In this document: positions 39,060 through 53,570 of the stretch, piece by piece
Numbering within the stretch: position 1 is the stretch's first letter
Layout of the letters: each line of letters opens with the position of its first letter
NCBI GenBank assembly: GCA_051362555.1
Contig: CM120640.1
Coordinates: 32,073,967-32,137,966, forward strand
Source of the DNA: Lingula anatina
Taxonomy: Eukaryota > Animalia > Brachiopoda
Direction: 5' to 3'
Length of the DNA: 64,000 nucleotides
Notes under the pieces: generated by a model
What the model was told of the DNA's origin: nothing
The model's database searches: none
Seen by the model: the letters and a program-made list of their open reading frames with translations, nothing else
Made by a program: the position numbers and the translations under genes

Positions 39060-42000
39060 TAAAAAGATCTAACCTCATTCCTATTTCTTTTACAGGACAT
39101 AGAAGATGATGAATGCCTACCAGCCTACCAGCCTACCATCAAGCATTGACTACACTTTGGATCAAAAATTTAAGGTTAGTAAATTTCATTTTTTGGAGGT
39201 GATAGGTAAATTGAATTAAAATCTAATCTACTTTTATTTCCTTTACAGAACACAGAAGACGATGAAAGACTCTACCCAGACATAGACTTCATACATCGAT
39301 AGAAGTTAAGGTTAGTAAACTTATTATTTGGGAGAGGGGGGGGGGAGGTTGGGGGATAAGTAAATTAAAAAGATCTAACCTCATTCCTGTTTCTTTTACA
39401 GGACATAGAAGATGATGTATGCATAGAAGACGATGAGCGACTCTACCCAGACACAGACTTCACACATCGATAGAAGTTAAGGTTAGTAAACTTTTTATTT
39501 GCGGGAGGGGGGGGGGAGGATAGGGGAGAGGTAAATTAAAAAGATCTAACCTCATTCCTGTTTCTTTTACAGGACATAGAAGATGATGTATGCATAGAAG
39601 ACGATGAGCGACTCTACCCAGACACAGACTTCACACATCGATAGAAGTTAAGGTTAGTAAACTTATTATTTGGGAGAGGGGGGGGGGGGAGGAGGATGGG
39701 AGAGAGGTAAATTAAAAAGATCTAACCTCATTCCTGTTTCTTTTACAGGACATAGAAGATGATGTATGCATAGAAGACGATGAGCGACTCTACCCAGACA
39801 CAGACTTCACACATCGATAGAAGTTAAGGTTAGTAAACTTTTTATTTGGGGGAGGGGGGGGGAGGATGGGGGAGAGGTAAATTAAAAAGATCTAACCTCA
39901 TTCCTGTTTCTTTTACAGGACATAGAAGATGATGTATGCATAGAAGACGATGAGCGACTCTACCCAGACACAGACTTCACACATCGATAGAAGTTAAGGT
40001 TAGTAAACTTTTTATTTGGGAGAGGGGGGGGGGAGGATGGGGGAGAGGTAAATTAAAAAGTTCTAACCTCATTCCTATTTCTTTTACAGGACATAGAAGA
40101 TGATGAATGCATAGAAGACGATGAGCGACTCTACCCAGACATAGACTTCACACATCGATAGAAGATAAGGTTAGTAAACTTTTTATTTGGGGGAGGGGGG
40201 GGGAGGATATGGGAGAGGTAAATTAAAAAGATCTAACCTCATTCCTATTTCTTTTACAGGACATAGAAGTTGATGAATGCATAGAAGACGATGTGCGACT
40301 CTACCCTGACATAGACTTCACACATCGATAGAAGTTAAGGTTAGTAAACTTTTTTATTTGGGGGAGGGGGGGGGGAGGATGGCGGGAGAGGTAAATTAAA
40401 AAGATCTAACCTCATTCCTATTTCTTTAACAGGACATAGAAGATGATGAATATATAGAAGACGATGAGCGACTCTACCCTGACACAGACTTCACACATCG
40501 ATAGAAGTTAAGGTTAGTAAACTTTTTTTTTGGGGGGGGGAGGGGGGGGGGAGGATGGCGGGAGAGGTAAATGAAAAAGATCTAACCTCATTCCTATTTC
40601 TTTTACAGGACATAGAAGATGATGAATGCCTACCAGCCTACCAGCCTACCATCAAGCATTGACTACACTTTGGATCAAAAATTTAAGGTTAGTAAATTTC
40701 ATTTTTTGGAGGTGATAGGTAAATTGAATTAAAATCTAATCTACTTTTATTTCCTTTACAGAACACAGAAGACGATGAAAGACTCTACCCAGACATAGAC
40801 TTCACACATCGATAGAAGTTAAGGTTAGTAAACTTTTTATTTGGGGGAGGGGGGGGAGGATGGGGGAGAAGTAAATTAAAAAGATTTAACCTCATTCCTA
40901 TTACTTTTACAGGACATAGAAGATGATGAATGCATAGAAGACGATGAGCGACTCTACCCAGACACAGACTTCACACATCGATAGAAGTTAAGGTTAGTAA
41001 ACTTTTTATTTGGGGGAGGGGGGGGGGGAGGAGGGGGGAGAAGTAAATTTAAAAGATCTTACCTCATTCCTATTACTTTTACAGGACATAGAAGATGATG
41101 AATGCATAGAAGACGATGAGCGACTCTACCCAGACACAGACTTCAAACATCGATAGAAGTTAAGGTTAGTAAACTTTTTATTTGGGGGAGGGGGGGGGGA
41201 GGATGGGGGAGAAGTAAATTAAAAAGACCTAACCTAATTCCTATTACATTTACAGGACATAGAAGATGATGAATGCATAGAAGACGATGAGCGACTCTAC
41301 CCAGACACAGACTTCACACATCGATAGAAGTTAAGGTCAGTAAACTTTTTATTTGCGGGAGGGGGGGGGAGGATATGGGAGAGGTAAATTAAAAAGATCT
41401 AACCTCATTCCTGTTTCTTTTACAGGACATAGAAGATGATGTATGCATAGAAGACGATGAGCGACTCTACCCAGACACAGACTTCACACATCAATAGAAG
41501 TTAAGGTTAGTAAACTTTTTATTTGGGGGAGGGGGGGGGGAGGATTGCGACAGGGTAAATTAAAAAGATCTAACCTCATTCCTATTTCTTTTACAGGACA
41601 TAGAAGATGATGAATGCCTACCAGCCTACCAGCCTACCATCAAGCATTGACTACTCTTTGGATCAAGAATTTAAGGTTAGTAAATTTCATTTTTTGGAGG
41701 GGATAGGTAAATTGAATTAAAATCTAATCTAGTTTTATTTCCTTTACAGAACACAGAAGACGATGAAAGACTCTACCCAGACATAGACTTCACACATCGA
41801 TAGAAGTTAAGGTTAGTAAACTTTTTATTTGGGGGAAGGGGGGGGGGGAGGAGGGGGGAGAAGTAAATTAAAAAGATCTAACCTGATTCCTGTTTATTTT
41901 ACAGGACATAGAAGATGATGTATGCATAGAAGACGATGAGCGACTCTACCCAGACACAGACTTCACACATCGATAGAAGTTAAGGTTAGTAAACTTTTTA

Positions 42001-45000
42001 TTTGGGGGAGGGGGGGAGGATGGGGGAGAGGTAAATTAAAAAGATCTAACCTCATTCTTATTACTTTTACAGGACATAGAAGATGATGAATGCCTACCAG
42101 CCTACCAGCCTACCATCAAGCATTGACTACACTTTGGATCAAAAATTTAAGGTTAGTAAATTTCATTTTTTGGAGGTGATAGGTAAATTGAATTAAAATC
42201 TAATCTACTTTTATTTCCTTTACAGAACACAGAAGACGATGAAAGACTCTACCCAGACATAGACTTCACACATCGATAGAAGTTAAGGTTAGTAAACTTA
42301 TTATTTGGGAGAGGGAGGGGGAGGTTGGGGGATAAGTAAATTAAAAAGATCTAACCTCATTCCTGTTTCTTTTACAGGACATAGAAGATGATGTATGCAT
42401 AGAAGACGATGAGCGACTCTACCCAGACACAGACTTCACACATCGATAGAAGTTAAGGTTAGTAAACTTTTTATTTGCGGGAGGGGGGGGGAGGATAGGG
42501 GAGAGGTAAATTAAAAAGATCTAACCTCATTCCTGTTTCTTTTACAGGACATAGAAGATGATGTATGCATAGAAGACGATGAGCGACTCTACCCAGACAC
42601 AGACTTCACACATCGATAGAAGTTAAGGTTAGTAAACTTATTATTTGGGAGAGGGGGGGGAGGAGGATGGGAGAGAGGTAAATTAAAAAGATCTAACCTC
42701 ATTCCTGTTTCTTTTACAGGACATAGAAGATGATGTATGCATAGAAGACGATGAGCGACTCTACCCAGACACAGACTTCACACATCGATAGAAGTTAAGG
42801 TTAGTAAACTTTTTATTTGGGGGAGGGGGGGGGAGGATGGGGGAGAGGTAAATTAAAAAGTTCTAACCTCATTCCTATTTCTTTTACAGGACATAGAAGA
42901 TGATGAATGCATAGAAGACGATGAGCGACTCTACCCAGACACAGACTTCACACATCGATAGAAGTTAAGGTTAGTAAACTTATTATTTGGGGGAGGGGGG
43001 GGAGGATGGGGGAGAGGTAAATTAAAAAGATCTAACCTCATTCCTGTTTCTTTTACAGGACATAGAAGATGATGTATGCATAGAAGACGATGAGCGACTC
43101 TACCCAGACACAGACTTCACACATCGATAGAAGTTAAGGTTAGTAAACTTTTTATTTGGGGGAGGGGGGGGAGGATGGGGGAGAGGTAAATTAAAAAGTT
43201 CTAACCTCATTCCTATTTCTTTTACAGGACATAGAAGATGATGAATGCATAGAAGACGATGAGCGACTCTACCCAGACATAGACTTCACACATCGATAGA
43301 AGATAAGGTTAGTAAACTTTTTATTTGGGGGAGGGGGGGGGAGGATATGGGAGAGGTAAATTAAAAAGATCTAACCTCATTCCTATTTCTTTTACAGGAC
43401 ATAGAAGTTGATGAATGCATAGAAGACGATGTGCGACTCTACCCTGACATAGACTTCACACATCGATAGAAGTTAAGGTTAGTAAACTTTTTTATTTGGG
43501 GGAGGGGGGGGGGAGGATGGCGGGAGAGGTAAATTAAAAAGATCTAACCTCATTCCTATTTCTTTAACAGGACATAGAAGATGATGAATATATAGAAGAC
43601 GATGAGCGACTCTACCCTGACACAGACTTCACACATCGATAGAAGTTAAGGTTAGTAAACTTTTTTTTTGGGGGGGGGAGGGGGGGGGAGGATGGCGGGA
43701 GAGGTAAATGAAAAAGATCTAACCTCATTCCTATTTCTTTTACAGGACATAGAAGATGATGAATGCCTACCAGCCTACCAGCCTACCATCAAGCATTGAC
43801 TACACTTTGGATCAAAAATTTAAGGTTAGTAAATTTCATTTTTTGGAGGTGATAGGTAAATTGAATTAAAATCTAATCTACTTTTATTTCCTTTACAGAA
43901 CACAGAAGACGATGAAAGACTCTACCCAGACATAGACTTCACACATCGATAGAAGTTAAGGTTAGTAAACTTTTTATTTGGGGGAGGGGGGGGGAGGATG
44001 GGGGAGAAGTAAATTAAAAAGATTTAACCTCATTCCTATTACTTTTACAGGACATAGAAGATGATGAATGCATAGAAGACGATGAGCGACTCTACCCAGA
44101 CACAGACTTCACACATCGATAGAAGTTAAGGTTAGTAAACTTTTTATTTGGGGGAGGGGGGGGGAGGAGGGGGGAGAAGTAAATTTAAAAGATCTTACCT
44201 CATTCCTATTACTTTTACAGGACATAGAAGATGATGAATGCATAGAAGACGATGAGCGACTCTACCCAGACACAGACTTCAAACATCGATAGAAGTTAAG
44301 GTTAGTAAACTTTTTATTTGGGGGAGGGGGGGGGGGGAGGATGGGGGAGAAGTAAATTAAAAAGACCTAACCTCATTCCTATTACATTTACAGGACATAG
44401 AAGATGATGAATGCATAGAAGACGATGAGCGACTCTACCCAGACACAGACTTCACACATCGATAGAAGTTAAGGTCAGTAAACTTTTTATTTGCGGGAGG
44501 GGGGGGGAGGATATGGGAGAGGTAAATTAAAAAGATCTAACCTCATTCCTGTTTCTTTTACAGGACATAGAAGATGATGTATGCATAGAAGACGATGAGC
44601 GACTCTACCCAGACACAGACTTCACACATCAATAGAAGTTAAGGTTAGTAAACTTTTTATTTGGGGGAGGGGGGGGGGAGGATTGCGACAGGGTAAATTA
44701 AAAAGATCTAACCTCATTCCTATTTCTTTTACAGGACATAGAAGATGATGAATGCCTACCAGCCTACCAGCCTACCATCAAGCATTGACTACTCTTTGGA
44801 TCAAGAATTTAAGGTTAGTAAATTTCATTTTTTGGAGGGGATAGGTAAATTGAATTAAAATCTAATCTAGTTTTATTTCCTTTACAGAACACAGAAGACG
44901 ATGAAAGACTCTACCCAGACATAGACTTCACACATCGATAGAAGTTAAGGTTAGTAAACTTTTTATTTGGGGGAAGGGGGGGGGGGAGGAGGGGGGAGAA

Positions 45001-45200
45001 GTAAATTAAAAATATCTAACCTGATTCCTGTTTATTTTACAGGACATAGAAGATGATGTATGCATAGAAGACGATGAGCGACTCTACCCAGACACAGACT
45101 TCACACATCGATAGAAGTTAAGGTTAGTAAACTTTTTATTTGGGGGAGGGGGGGAGGATGGGGGAGAGGTAAATTAAAAAGATCTAACCTCATTCTTATT
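39060..45200 (+). repeat. Higher-order tandem duplication, ~3.0-3.14 kb period
   Basis: B exons at ~39116/42093, 40629/43766 and 41617/44755 share rare variants (GGTTGGGGGATAAG, GAAGTTGATG...GTGCGA, TTCAAACATC, GATTGCGACAGGG). Confidence 0.8.
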
Positions 45201-47449
45201 ACTTTTACAGGACATAGAAGATGATGAATGCATAGAAGACGATGAGCGACTCTACCCAGACACAGACTTCACACATCGATAAAAGTTAAGGTTAGTAAAC
45301 TTATTATTTGGGAGCGGGGGGGGGGGGGGGAGGATGGGGGAGAGGTAAATTAAAAAGATCTTACCTCATTCCTGTTTCTTTTACAGGACATAGAAGATGA
45401 TGTATGCCTACCAGCCTACCATCAAGCATTGACTACTCTTTGGATCAAGAATTTAAGGTTAGTAAATTTCATTTTTTGGAGGGGATAGGTAAATTGAATT
45501 AAAATCTAATCTAGTTTTATTTCCTTTACAGAACACAGAAGACGATGAAAGACTCTACCCAGACAAAGACTTCACACATCGATAGAAGTTAAGGTTAGTA
45601 AACTTTTTATTTGGGGGAGGGGGGGGGAGGAGGGGGGAGAAGTAAATTTAAAAGATCTAACTTGATTCCTGTTTATTTTACAGGACATAGAAGATGATGA
45701 ATGCATAGAAAACGATGAGCGACTCTACCCAGACACAGACTTCACACATCGATAGAAGTTAAGGTTAGTAAACTTATTATTTGGGAGAGGGGGGGGGGGA
45801 GGATGGGAGAGAGGTAAATTAAAAAGATCTAACCTGATTCCTGTTTCTTTTACAGGACATAGAAGATGATGTATGCATAGAAGACGATGAGCGACTCTAC
45901 CCAGACACAGACTTCACACATCGATAGAAGTTAAGGTTAGTAAACTTTTTATTTGGGGGAGGGGGGGGGGAGGATGGGGGAGAGGTAAATTAAAAAGATC
46001 TAACCTCATTCCTATTTATTTTACAGGACATAGAAGATGATGAATGCCTACCAGCCTACCATCAAGCATTGACTACTCTTTGGATCAAGAATTTAAGGTT
46101 AGTAAATTTCATTTTTTGGAGGGGATAGGTAAATTGAATTAAAATCTAATCTAGTTTTATTTCCTTTACAGAACACAGAAGACGATGAAAGACTCTACCC
46201 AGACACAGACTTCACACATCGATAGAAGTTAAGGTTAGTAAACTTTTTATTTGGGGGAGGGGGGGAGGATGGCGGGAGAGGTAAATTAAAAAGATCTAAC
46301 CTCATTCCTATTTCTTTTACAGGACATAGAAGATGATGAATGCCTACCAGCCTACCAGCCTACCATCAAGCATTGACTACTCTTTGGATCAAGAATTTAA
46401 GGTTAGTAAATTTCATTTTTTGGAGGTGATAGGTAAATTGAATTAAAATCTAATCTAGTTTTTTTTCTTTTACAGAACAAAGAAGACGATGAAAGACTCT
46501 ACCCTGACATAGACTTCACACATCGATAGAAGTTAAGGTTAGTAAACTTTTTATTTGGGGGAGGGGGGGAGGATGGCGGGAGAGGTAAATTAAAAAGATC
46601 TAACCTCATTCCTATTTCTTTTACAGGTCATAGAAGATGATGAATGCCTACCAGCCTACCATCAAGCATTGACTACTCTTTGGATCATGAATTTAAGGTT
46701 AGAAAATTTCATTTTTTTTTGGAGGGGATAGGTAAATTGAATTAAAATCTAATCTAGTTTTATTTCCTTTACAGAACACAGAAGACGATGAAAGACTCTA
46801 CCCAGACATAGACTTCACACATCGATAGAAGTTAAGGTTAGTAAACTTTTTATTTTGGGGAGGGGGGGGAGGAGGGGGGAGAAGTAAATTAAAAAGATCT
46901 AACCTCATTCCTATTACTTTTACAGGACATAGAAGATGATGAATGCATAGAAGACGATGAGCGACTCTACCCAGACACAGACTTCACACATCGATAGAAG
47001 TTAAGGTTAGTAAACTTATTATTTGGGGGAGGGGGGGGAGGATGGGGGAGAGGTAAATTAAAAAGATCTAACCTGATTCCTGTTTCTTTTACAGGACATA
47101 GAAGATGATGTATGCATAGAAGACGATGAGCGACTCTACCCAGACACAGACTTCACACATCGATAGAAGTTAAGGTTAGTAAACTTTTTATTTGGGGGAG
47201 GGGGGGTAGGATGGGGGAGAAGTAAATTAAAAAGATCTAACCTCATTCCTATTACTTTAACAGGACATAGAAGATGATGAATGCATAGAAGACGATGAGC
47301 GACTCTACCCAGACACAGACTTTACACATCGAGAGAAGTTAAGGTTAGTAAACTTATTATTTGGGGGAGGGGGGGGAGGATGGGGGAGAGGTAAATTAAA
47401 AAGATCTAACCTCATTCCTGTTTCTTTTACAGGACATAGAAGATGATGT

Positions 47450-50400
47450 ATGCATAGAAGACGATGAGCGACTCTACCCAGACACAGACTTCACACATCG
47501 ATAGAAGTTAAGGTTAGTAAACTTTTTATTTGGGGGAAGAGGGGGGGGGTTGGGGGAGAGGTAAATTAAAAAGTTCTAACCTCATTCCTATTTCTTTTAC
47601 AGGACATAGAAGATGATGAATGCATAGAAGACGATGAGCGACTCTACCCTGACATAGACTTCACACATCGATAGAAGTTAAGGTTAGTAAACTTTTTATT
47701 TGGGGGAGAGGGGGGGAGGATGGCGGGAGAGGTAAATTAAAAAGATCTAACCTCATTCCTATTTCTTTTACAGGACATAGAAGATGATGAATGCCTACCA
47801 GCCTACCAGCCTACCATCAAGCATTGACTACTCTTTGGATCAAGAATTTAAGGTTAGTAAATTTCATTTTTTGGAGGGGATAGGTAAATTGAATTAAAAT
47901 CTAATCTAGTTTTATTTCTTTTACAGAACACAGAAGACGATGAAAGACTCTACCCAGACATAGACTTCACACATCGATAGAAGTTAAGGTTAGTAAACTT
48001 TTTATTTGGGGGAGGGGGGGGGAGGATGGGGGAGAAGTAAATTAAAAAGATCTAACCTCATTCCTATTACTTTTACAGGACATAGAAGATGATGAATGCA
48101 TAGAAGACGATGAGCGACTCTACCCAGACACAGACTTCACACATCGATAGAAGTTAAGGTTAGTAAACTTATTATTTTGGGGAGGGGGGGGGAGGATGGG
48201 GGAGAGGTAAATTAAAAAGATCTAACCTGATTCCTGTTTCTTTTACAGGACATAGAAGATGATGTATGCATAGAAGACGATGAGCGACTCTACCCAGACA
48301 CAGACTTCACACATCGATAGAAGTTAAGGTTAGTAAACTTTTTATTTGGGGGAGGGGGGGGAGGATGGGGGAGAAGTAAATTAAAAAGATCTAACCTCAT
48401 TCCTATTACTTTAACAGGACATAGAAGATGATGAATGCATAGAAGACGATGAGCGACTCTACCCAGACACAGACTTTACACATCGATAGAAGTTAAGGTT
48501 AGTAAACTTATTATTTGGGGGAGGGGGGGTAGGATGGGGGAGAGGTAAATTAAAAAGATCTAACCTCATTCCTGTTTCTTTTACAGGACATAGAAGATGA
48601 TGTATGCATAGAAGACGATGAGCGACTCTACCCAGACACAGACTTCACACATCGATAGAAGTTAAGGTTAGTAAACTTTTTATTTGGGGGAGGGGGGGGG
48701 GAGGATGGGGGAGAGGTAAATTAAAGAGTTCTAACCTTATTCCTATTTCTTTTACAGGACATAGAAGATGATGAATGCATAGAAGACGATGAGCGACTCT
48801 ATCCAGACACAGACTTCACACATCGATAGAAGTTAAGGTTAGTAAACTTTTTATTTGGGGGAGGGGGGGGGAAGGATGGCGGGAGAGGTAAATTAAAAAG
48901 ATCTAACCTCATTCCTATTTCTTTTACAGGACATAGAAGATGATGAATGCCTACCAGCCTACCAGCCTACCATCAAGCATTGACTACTATTTGGATCAAG
49001 AATTTAAGGTTAGTAAATTTCATTTTTTGGAGGGGATAGGTAAATTGAATTAAAATCTAATCTAGTTTTATTTCCTTTACAGAACACAGAAGACGATGAA
49101 AGACTCTACCCAGACATAGACTTCACACATCGATAGAAGTTAAGGTTAGTAAACTTTTTATTTGGGGGAGGGGGGGAGGATGGGGGATAAGTAAATTAAA
49201 AAGATCTAACCTCATTCCTATTACTTTTACAGGACATAGAAGATGATGAATGCATAGAAGACGATGAGCGACTCTACACAGACAGAGACTTCACACATCG
49301 ATAGAAGTTAAGGTTAGTAAACTTATTATTTTGGGGAGGGGGGGGGAGGATGGGGGAGAAGTAAATTAAAAATATCTAACCTCATTCCTATTACTTTTAC
49401 AGGACATAGAAGATGATGTATGCATAGAAGACGATGAGCGACTCTACCCAGACACAGACTTTACACATCGATAGAAGTTAAGGTTAGTAAACTTTTTATT
49501 TGGGGGAGGGGGGGGGGGAGAATGGGGGAGAAGTAAATTAAAAAGACCTAACCTCATTCCTATTACTTTTACAGGACATAGAAGATGATGAATGCATAGA
49601 AGACGATGAGCGACTCTACCCAGACACAGACTTCACACATCGATAGAAGTTAAGGTCAGTAAACTTTTTATTTGCGGGAGGGGGGGGGGGAGGATATGGG
49701 AGAGGTAAATTAAAAAGATCTAACCTCATTCCTGTTTCTTTTACAGGACATAGAAGATGATGTATGCATAGAAGACGATGAGCGACTCTACCCAGACACA
49801 GACTTCACACATCAATAGAAGTTAAGGTTAGTAAACTTTTTATTTAGGGGAGGGGGGGGGAAGATTGCGGCAGGGTAAATTAAAAAGATCTAACCTCATT
49901 CCTATTTCTTTTACAGGACATAGAAGATGATGAATGCCTACCAGCCTACCAGCCTACCATCAAGCATTGACTACTCTTTGGATCAAGAATTTAAGGTTAG
50001 TAAATTTCATTTTTTGGAGGGGATAGTTAAATTGAATTAAAATCTAATCTAGTTTTATTTCCTTTACAGAACACAGAAGACGATGAAAGACTCTACCCAG
50101 ACATAGACTTCACACATCGATAGAAGTTAAGGTTAGTAAACTTTTTATTTGGGGGAAGGGGGGGAGGAGGGGGGAGAAGTAAATTAAAAAGATCTAACCT
50201 GATTCCTGTTTATTTTACAGGACATAGAAGATGATGTATGCATAGAAGACGATGAGCGACTCTACCCAGACACAGACTTCACACATCGATAGAAGTTAAG
50301 GTTAGTAAACTTTTTATTTGGGGAAGGGGGGGGGAGGATGGGGGAGAGGTAAATTAAAAAGTTCTAACCTCATTCCTATTTCTTTTACAGGACATAGAAG

Positions 50401-53400
50401 ATGATGAATGCATAGAAGACGATGAGCGACTCTACCCAGACACAGACTTCACACATCGATAGAAGTTAAGGTTAGTAAACTTATTATTTGGGGGAGGGGG
50501 GGGAGGATGGGGGAGGGGTAAATTAAAAAGATCTAACCTCATTCCTGTTTCTTTTACAGGACATAGAAGATGATGTATGCATAGAAGACGATGAGCGACT
50601 CTACCCAGACACAGACTTCACACATCGATAGAAGTTAAGGTTAGTAAACTTTTTATTTGGGGGAAGAGGGGGGGGGTTGGGGGAGAGGTAAATTAAAAAG
50701 TTCTAACCTCATTCCTATTTCTTTTACAGGACATAGAAGATGATGAATGCATAGAAGACGATGAGCGACTCTACCCTGACATAGACTTCACACATCGATA
50801 GAAGTTAAGGTTAGTAAACTTTTTATTTGGGGGAGAGGGGGGGAGGATGGCGGGAGAGGTAAATTAAAAAGATCTAACCTCATTCCTATTTCTTTTACAG
50901 GACATAGAAGATGATGAATGCCTACCAGCCTACCAGCCTACCATCAAGCATTGACTACTCTTTGGATCAAGAATTTAAGGTTAGTAAATTTCATTTTTTG
51001 GAGGGGATAGGTAAATTGAATTAAAATCTAATCTAGTTTTATTTCTTTTACAGAACACAGAAGACGATGAAAGACTCTACCCAGACATAGACTTCACACA
51101 TCGATAGAAGTTAAGGTTAGTAAACTTTTTATTTGGGGGAGGGGGGGGGAGGATGGGGGAGAAGTAAATTAAAAAGATCTAACCTCATTCCTATTACTTT
51201 TACAGGACATAGAAGATGATGAATGCATAGAAGACGATGAGCGACTCTACCCAGACACAGACTTCACACATCGATAGAAGTTAAGGTTAGTAAACTTATT
51301 ATTTTGGGGAGGGGGGGGGAGGATGGGGGAGAGGTAAATTAAAAAGATCTAACCTGATTCCTGTTTCTTTTACAGGACATAGAAGATGATGTATGCATAG
51401 AAGACGATGAGCGACTCTACCCAGACACAGACTTCACACATCGATAGAAGTTAAGGTTAGTAAACTTTTTATTTGGGGGAGGGGGGGGAGGATGGGGGAG
51501 AAGTAAATTAAAAAGATCTAACCTCATTCCTATTACTTTAACAGGACATAGAAGATGATGAATGCATAGAAGACGATGAGCGACTCTACCCAGACACAGA
51601 CTTTACACATCGATAGAAGTTAAGGTTAGTAAACTTATTATTTGGGGGAGGGGGGGTAGGATGGGGGAGAGGTAAATTAAAAAGATCTAACCTCATTCCT
51701 GTTTCTTTTACAGGACATAGAAGATGATGTATGCATAGAAGACGATGAGCGACTCTACCCAGACACAGACTTCACACATCGATAGAAGTTAAGGTTAGTA
51801 AACTTTTTATTTGGGGGAGGGGGGGGGGAGGATGGGGGAGAGGTAAATTAAAGAGTTCTAACCTTATTCCTATTTCTTTTACAGGACATAGAAGATGATG
51901 AATGCATAGAAGACGATGAGCGACTCTATCCAGACACAGACTTCACACATCGATAGAAGTTAAGGTTAGTAAACTTTTTATTTGGGGGAGGGGGGGGGAA
52001 GGATGGCGGGAGAGGTAAATTAAAAAGATCTAACCTCATTCCTATTTCTTTTACAGGACATAGAAGATGATGAATGCCTACCAGCCTACCAGCCTACCAT
52101 CAAGCATTGACTACTATTTGGATCAAGAATTTAAGGTTAGTAAATTTCATTTTTTGGAGGGGATAGGTAAATTGAATTAAAATCTAATCTAGTTTTATTT
52201 CCTTTACAGAACACAGAAGACGATGAAAGACTCTACCCAGACATAGACTTCACACATCGATAGAAGTTAAGGTTAGTAAACTTTTTATTTGGGGGAGGGG
52301 GGGAGGATGGGGGATAAGTAAATTAAAAAGATCTAACCTCATTCCTATTACTTTTACAGGACATAGAAGATGATGAATGCATAGAAGACGATGAGCGACT
52401 CTACACAGACAGAGACTTCACACATCGATAGAAGTTAAGGTTAGTAAACTTATTATTTTGGGGAGGGGGGGGGAGGATGGGGGAGAAGTAAATTAAAAAT
52501 ATCTAACCTCATTCCTATTACTTTTACAGGACATAGAAGATGATGTATGCATAGAAGACGATGAGCGACTCTACCCAGACACAGACTTTACACATCGATA
52601 GAAGTTAAGGTTAGTAAACTTTTTATTTGGGGGAGGGGGGGGGGAGAATGGGGGAGAAGTAAATTAAAAAGACCTAACCTCATTCCTATTACTTTTACAG
52701 GACATAGAAGATGATGAATGCATAGAAGACGATGAGCGACTCTACCCAGACACAGACTTCACACATCGATAGAAGTTAAGGTCAGTAAACTTTTTATTTG
52801 CGGGAGGGGGGGGGGGAGGATATGGGAGAGGTAAATTAAAAAGATCTAACCTCATTCCTGTTTCTTTTACAGGACATAGAAGATGATGTATGCATAGAAG
52901 ACGATGAGCGACTCTACCCAGACACAGACTTCACACATCAATAGAAGTTAAGGTTAGTAAACTTTTTATTTAGGGGAGGGGGGGGGAAGATTGCGGCAGG
53001 GTAAATTAAAAAGATCTAACCTCATTCCTATTTCTTTTACAGGACATAGAAGATGATGAATGCCTACCAGCCTACCAGCCTACCATCAAGCATTGACTAC
53101 TCTTTGGATCAAGAATTTAAGGTTAGTAAATTTCATTTTTTGGAGGGGATAGTTAAATTGAATTAAAATCTAATCTAGTTTTATTTCCTTTACAGAACAC
53201 AGAAGACGATGAAAGACTCTACCCAGACATAGACTTCACACATCGATAGAAGTTAAGGTTAGTAAACTTTTTATTTGGGGGAAGGGGGGGAGGAGGGGGG
53301 AGAAGTAAATTAAAAAGATCTAACCTGATTCCTGTTTATTTTACAGGACATAGAAGATGATGTATGCATAGAAGACGATGAGCGACTCTACCCAGACACA

Positions 53401-53570
53401 GACTTCACACATCGATAGAAGTTAAGGTTAGTAAACTTTTTATTTGGGGAAGGGGGGGGAGGATGGGGGAGAGGTAAATTAAAAAGTTCTAACCTCATTC
53501 CTATTTCTTTTACAGGACATAGAAGATGATGAATGCATAGAAGACGATGAGCGACTCTACCCAGACACAG
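47450..53570 (+). repeat. Higher-order tandem duplication, ~3.13 kb period
   Basis: B exons at ~47794/50921, 48950/52077 and 49937/53063. Shared rare variants GGGAAGAGGGGGGGGTTGGGG, TAAAGAGTTC and GATAGTTAAATTG sit at offset ~3127. Confidence 0.85.
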
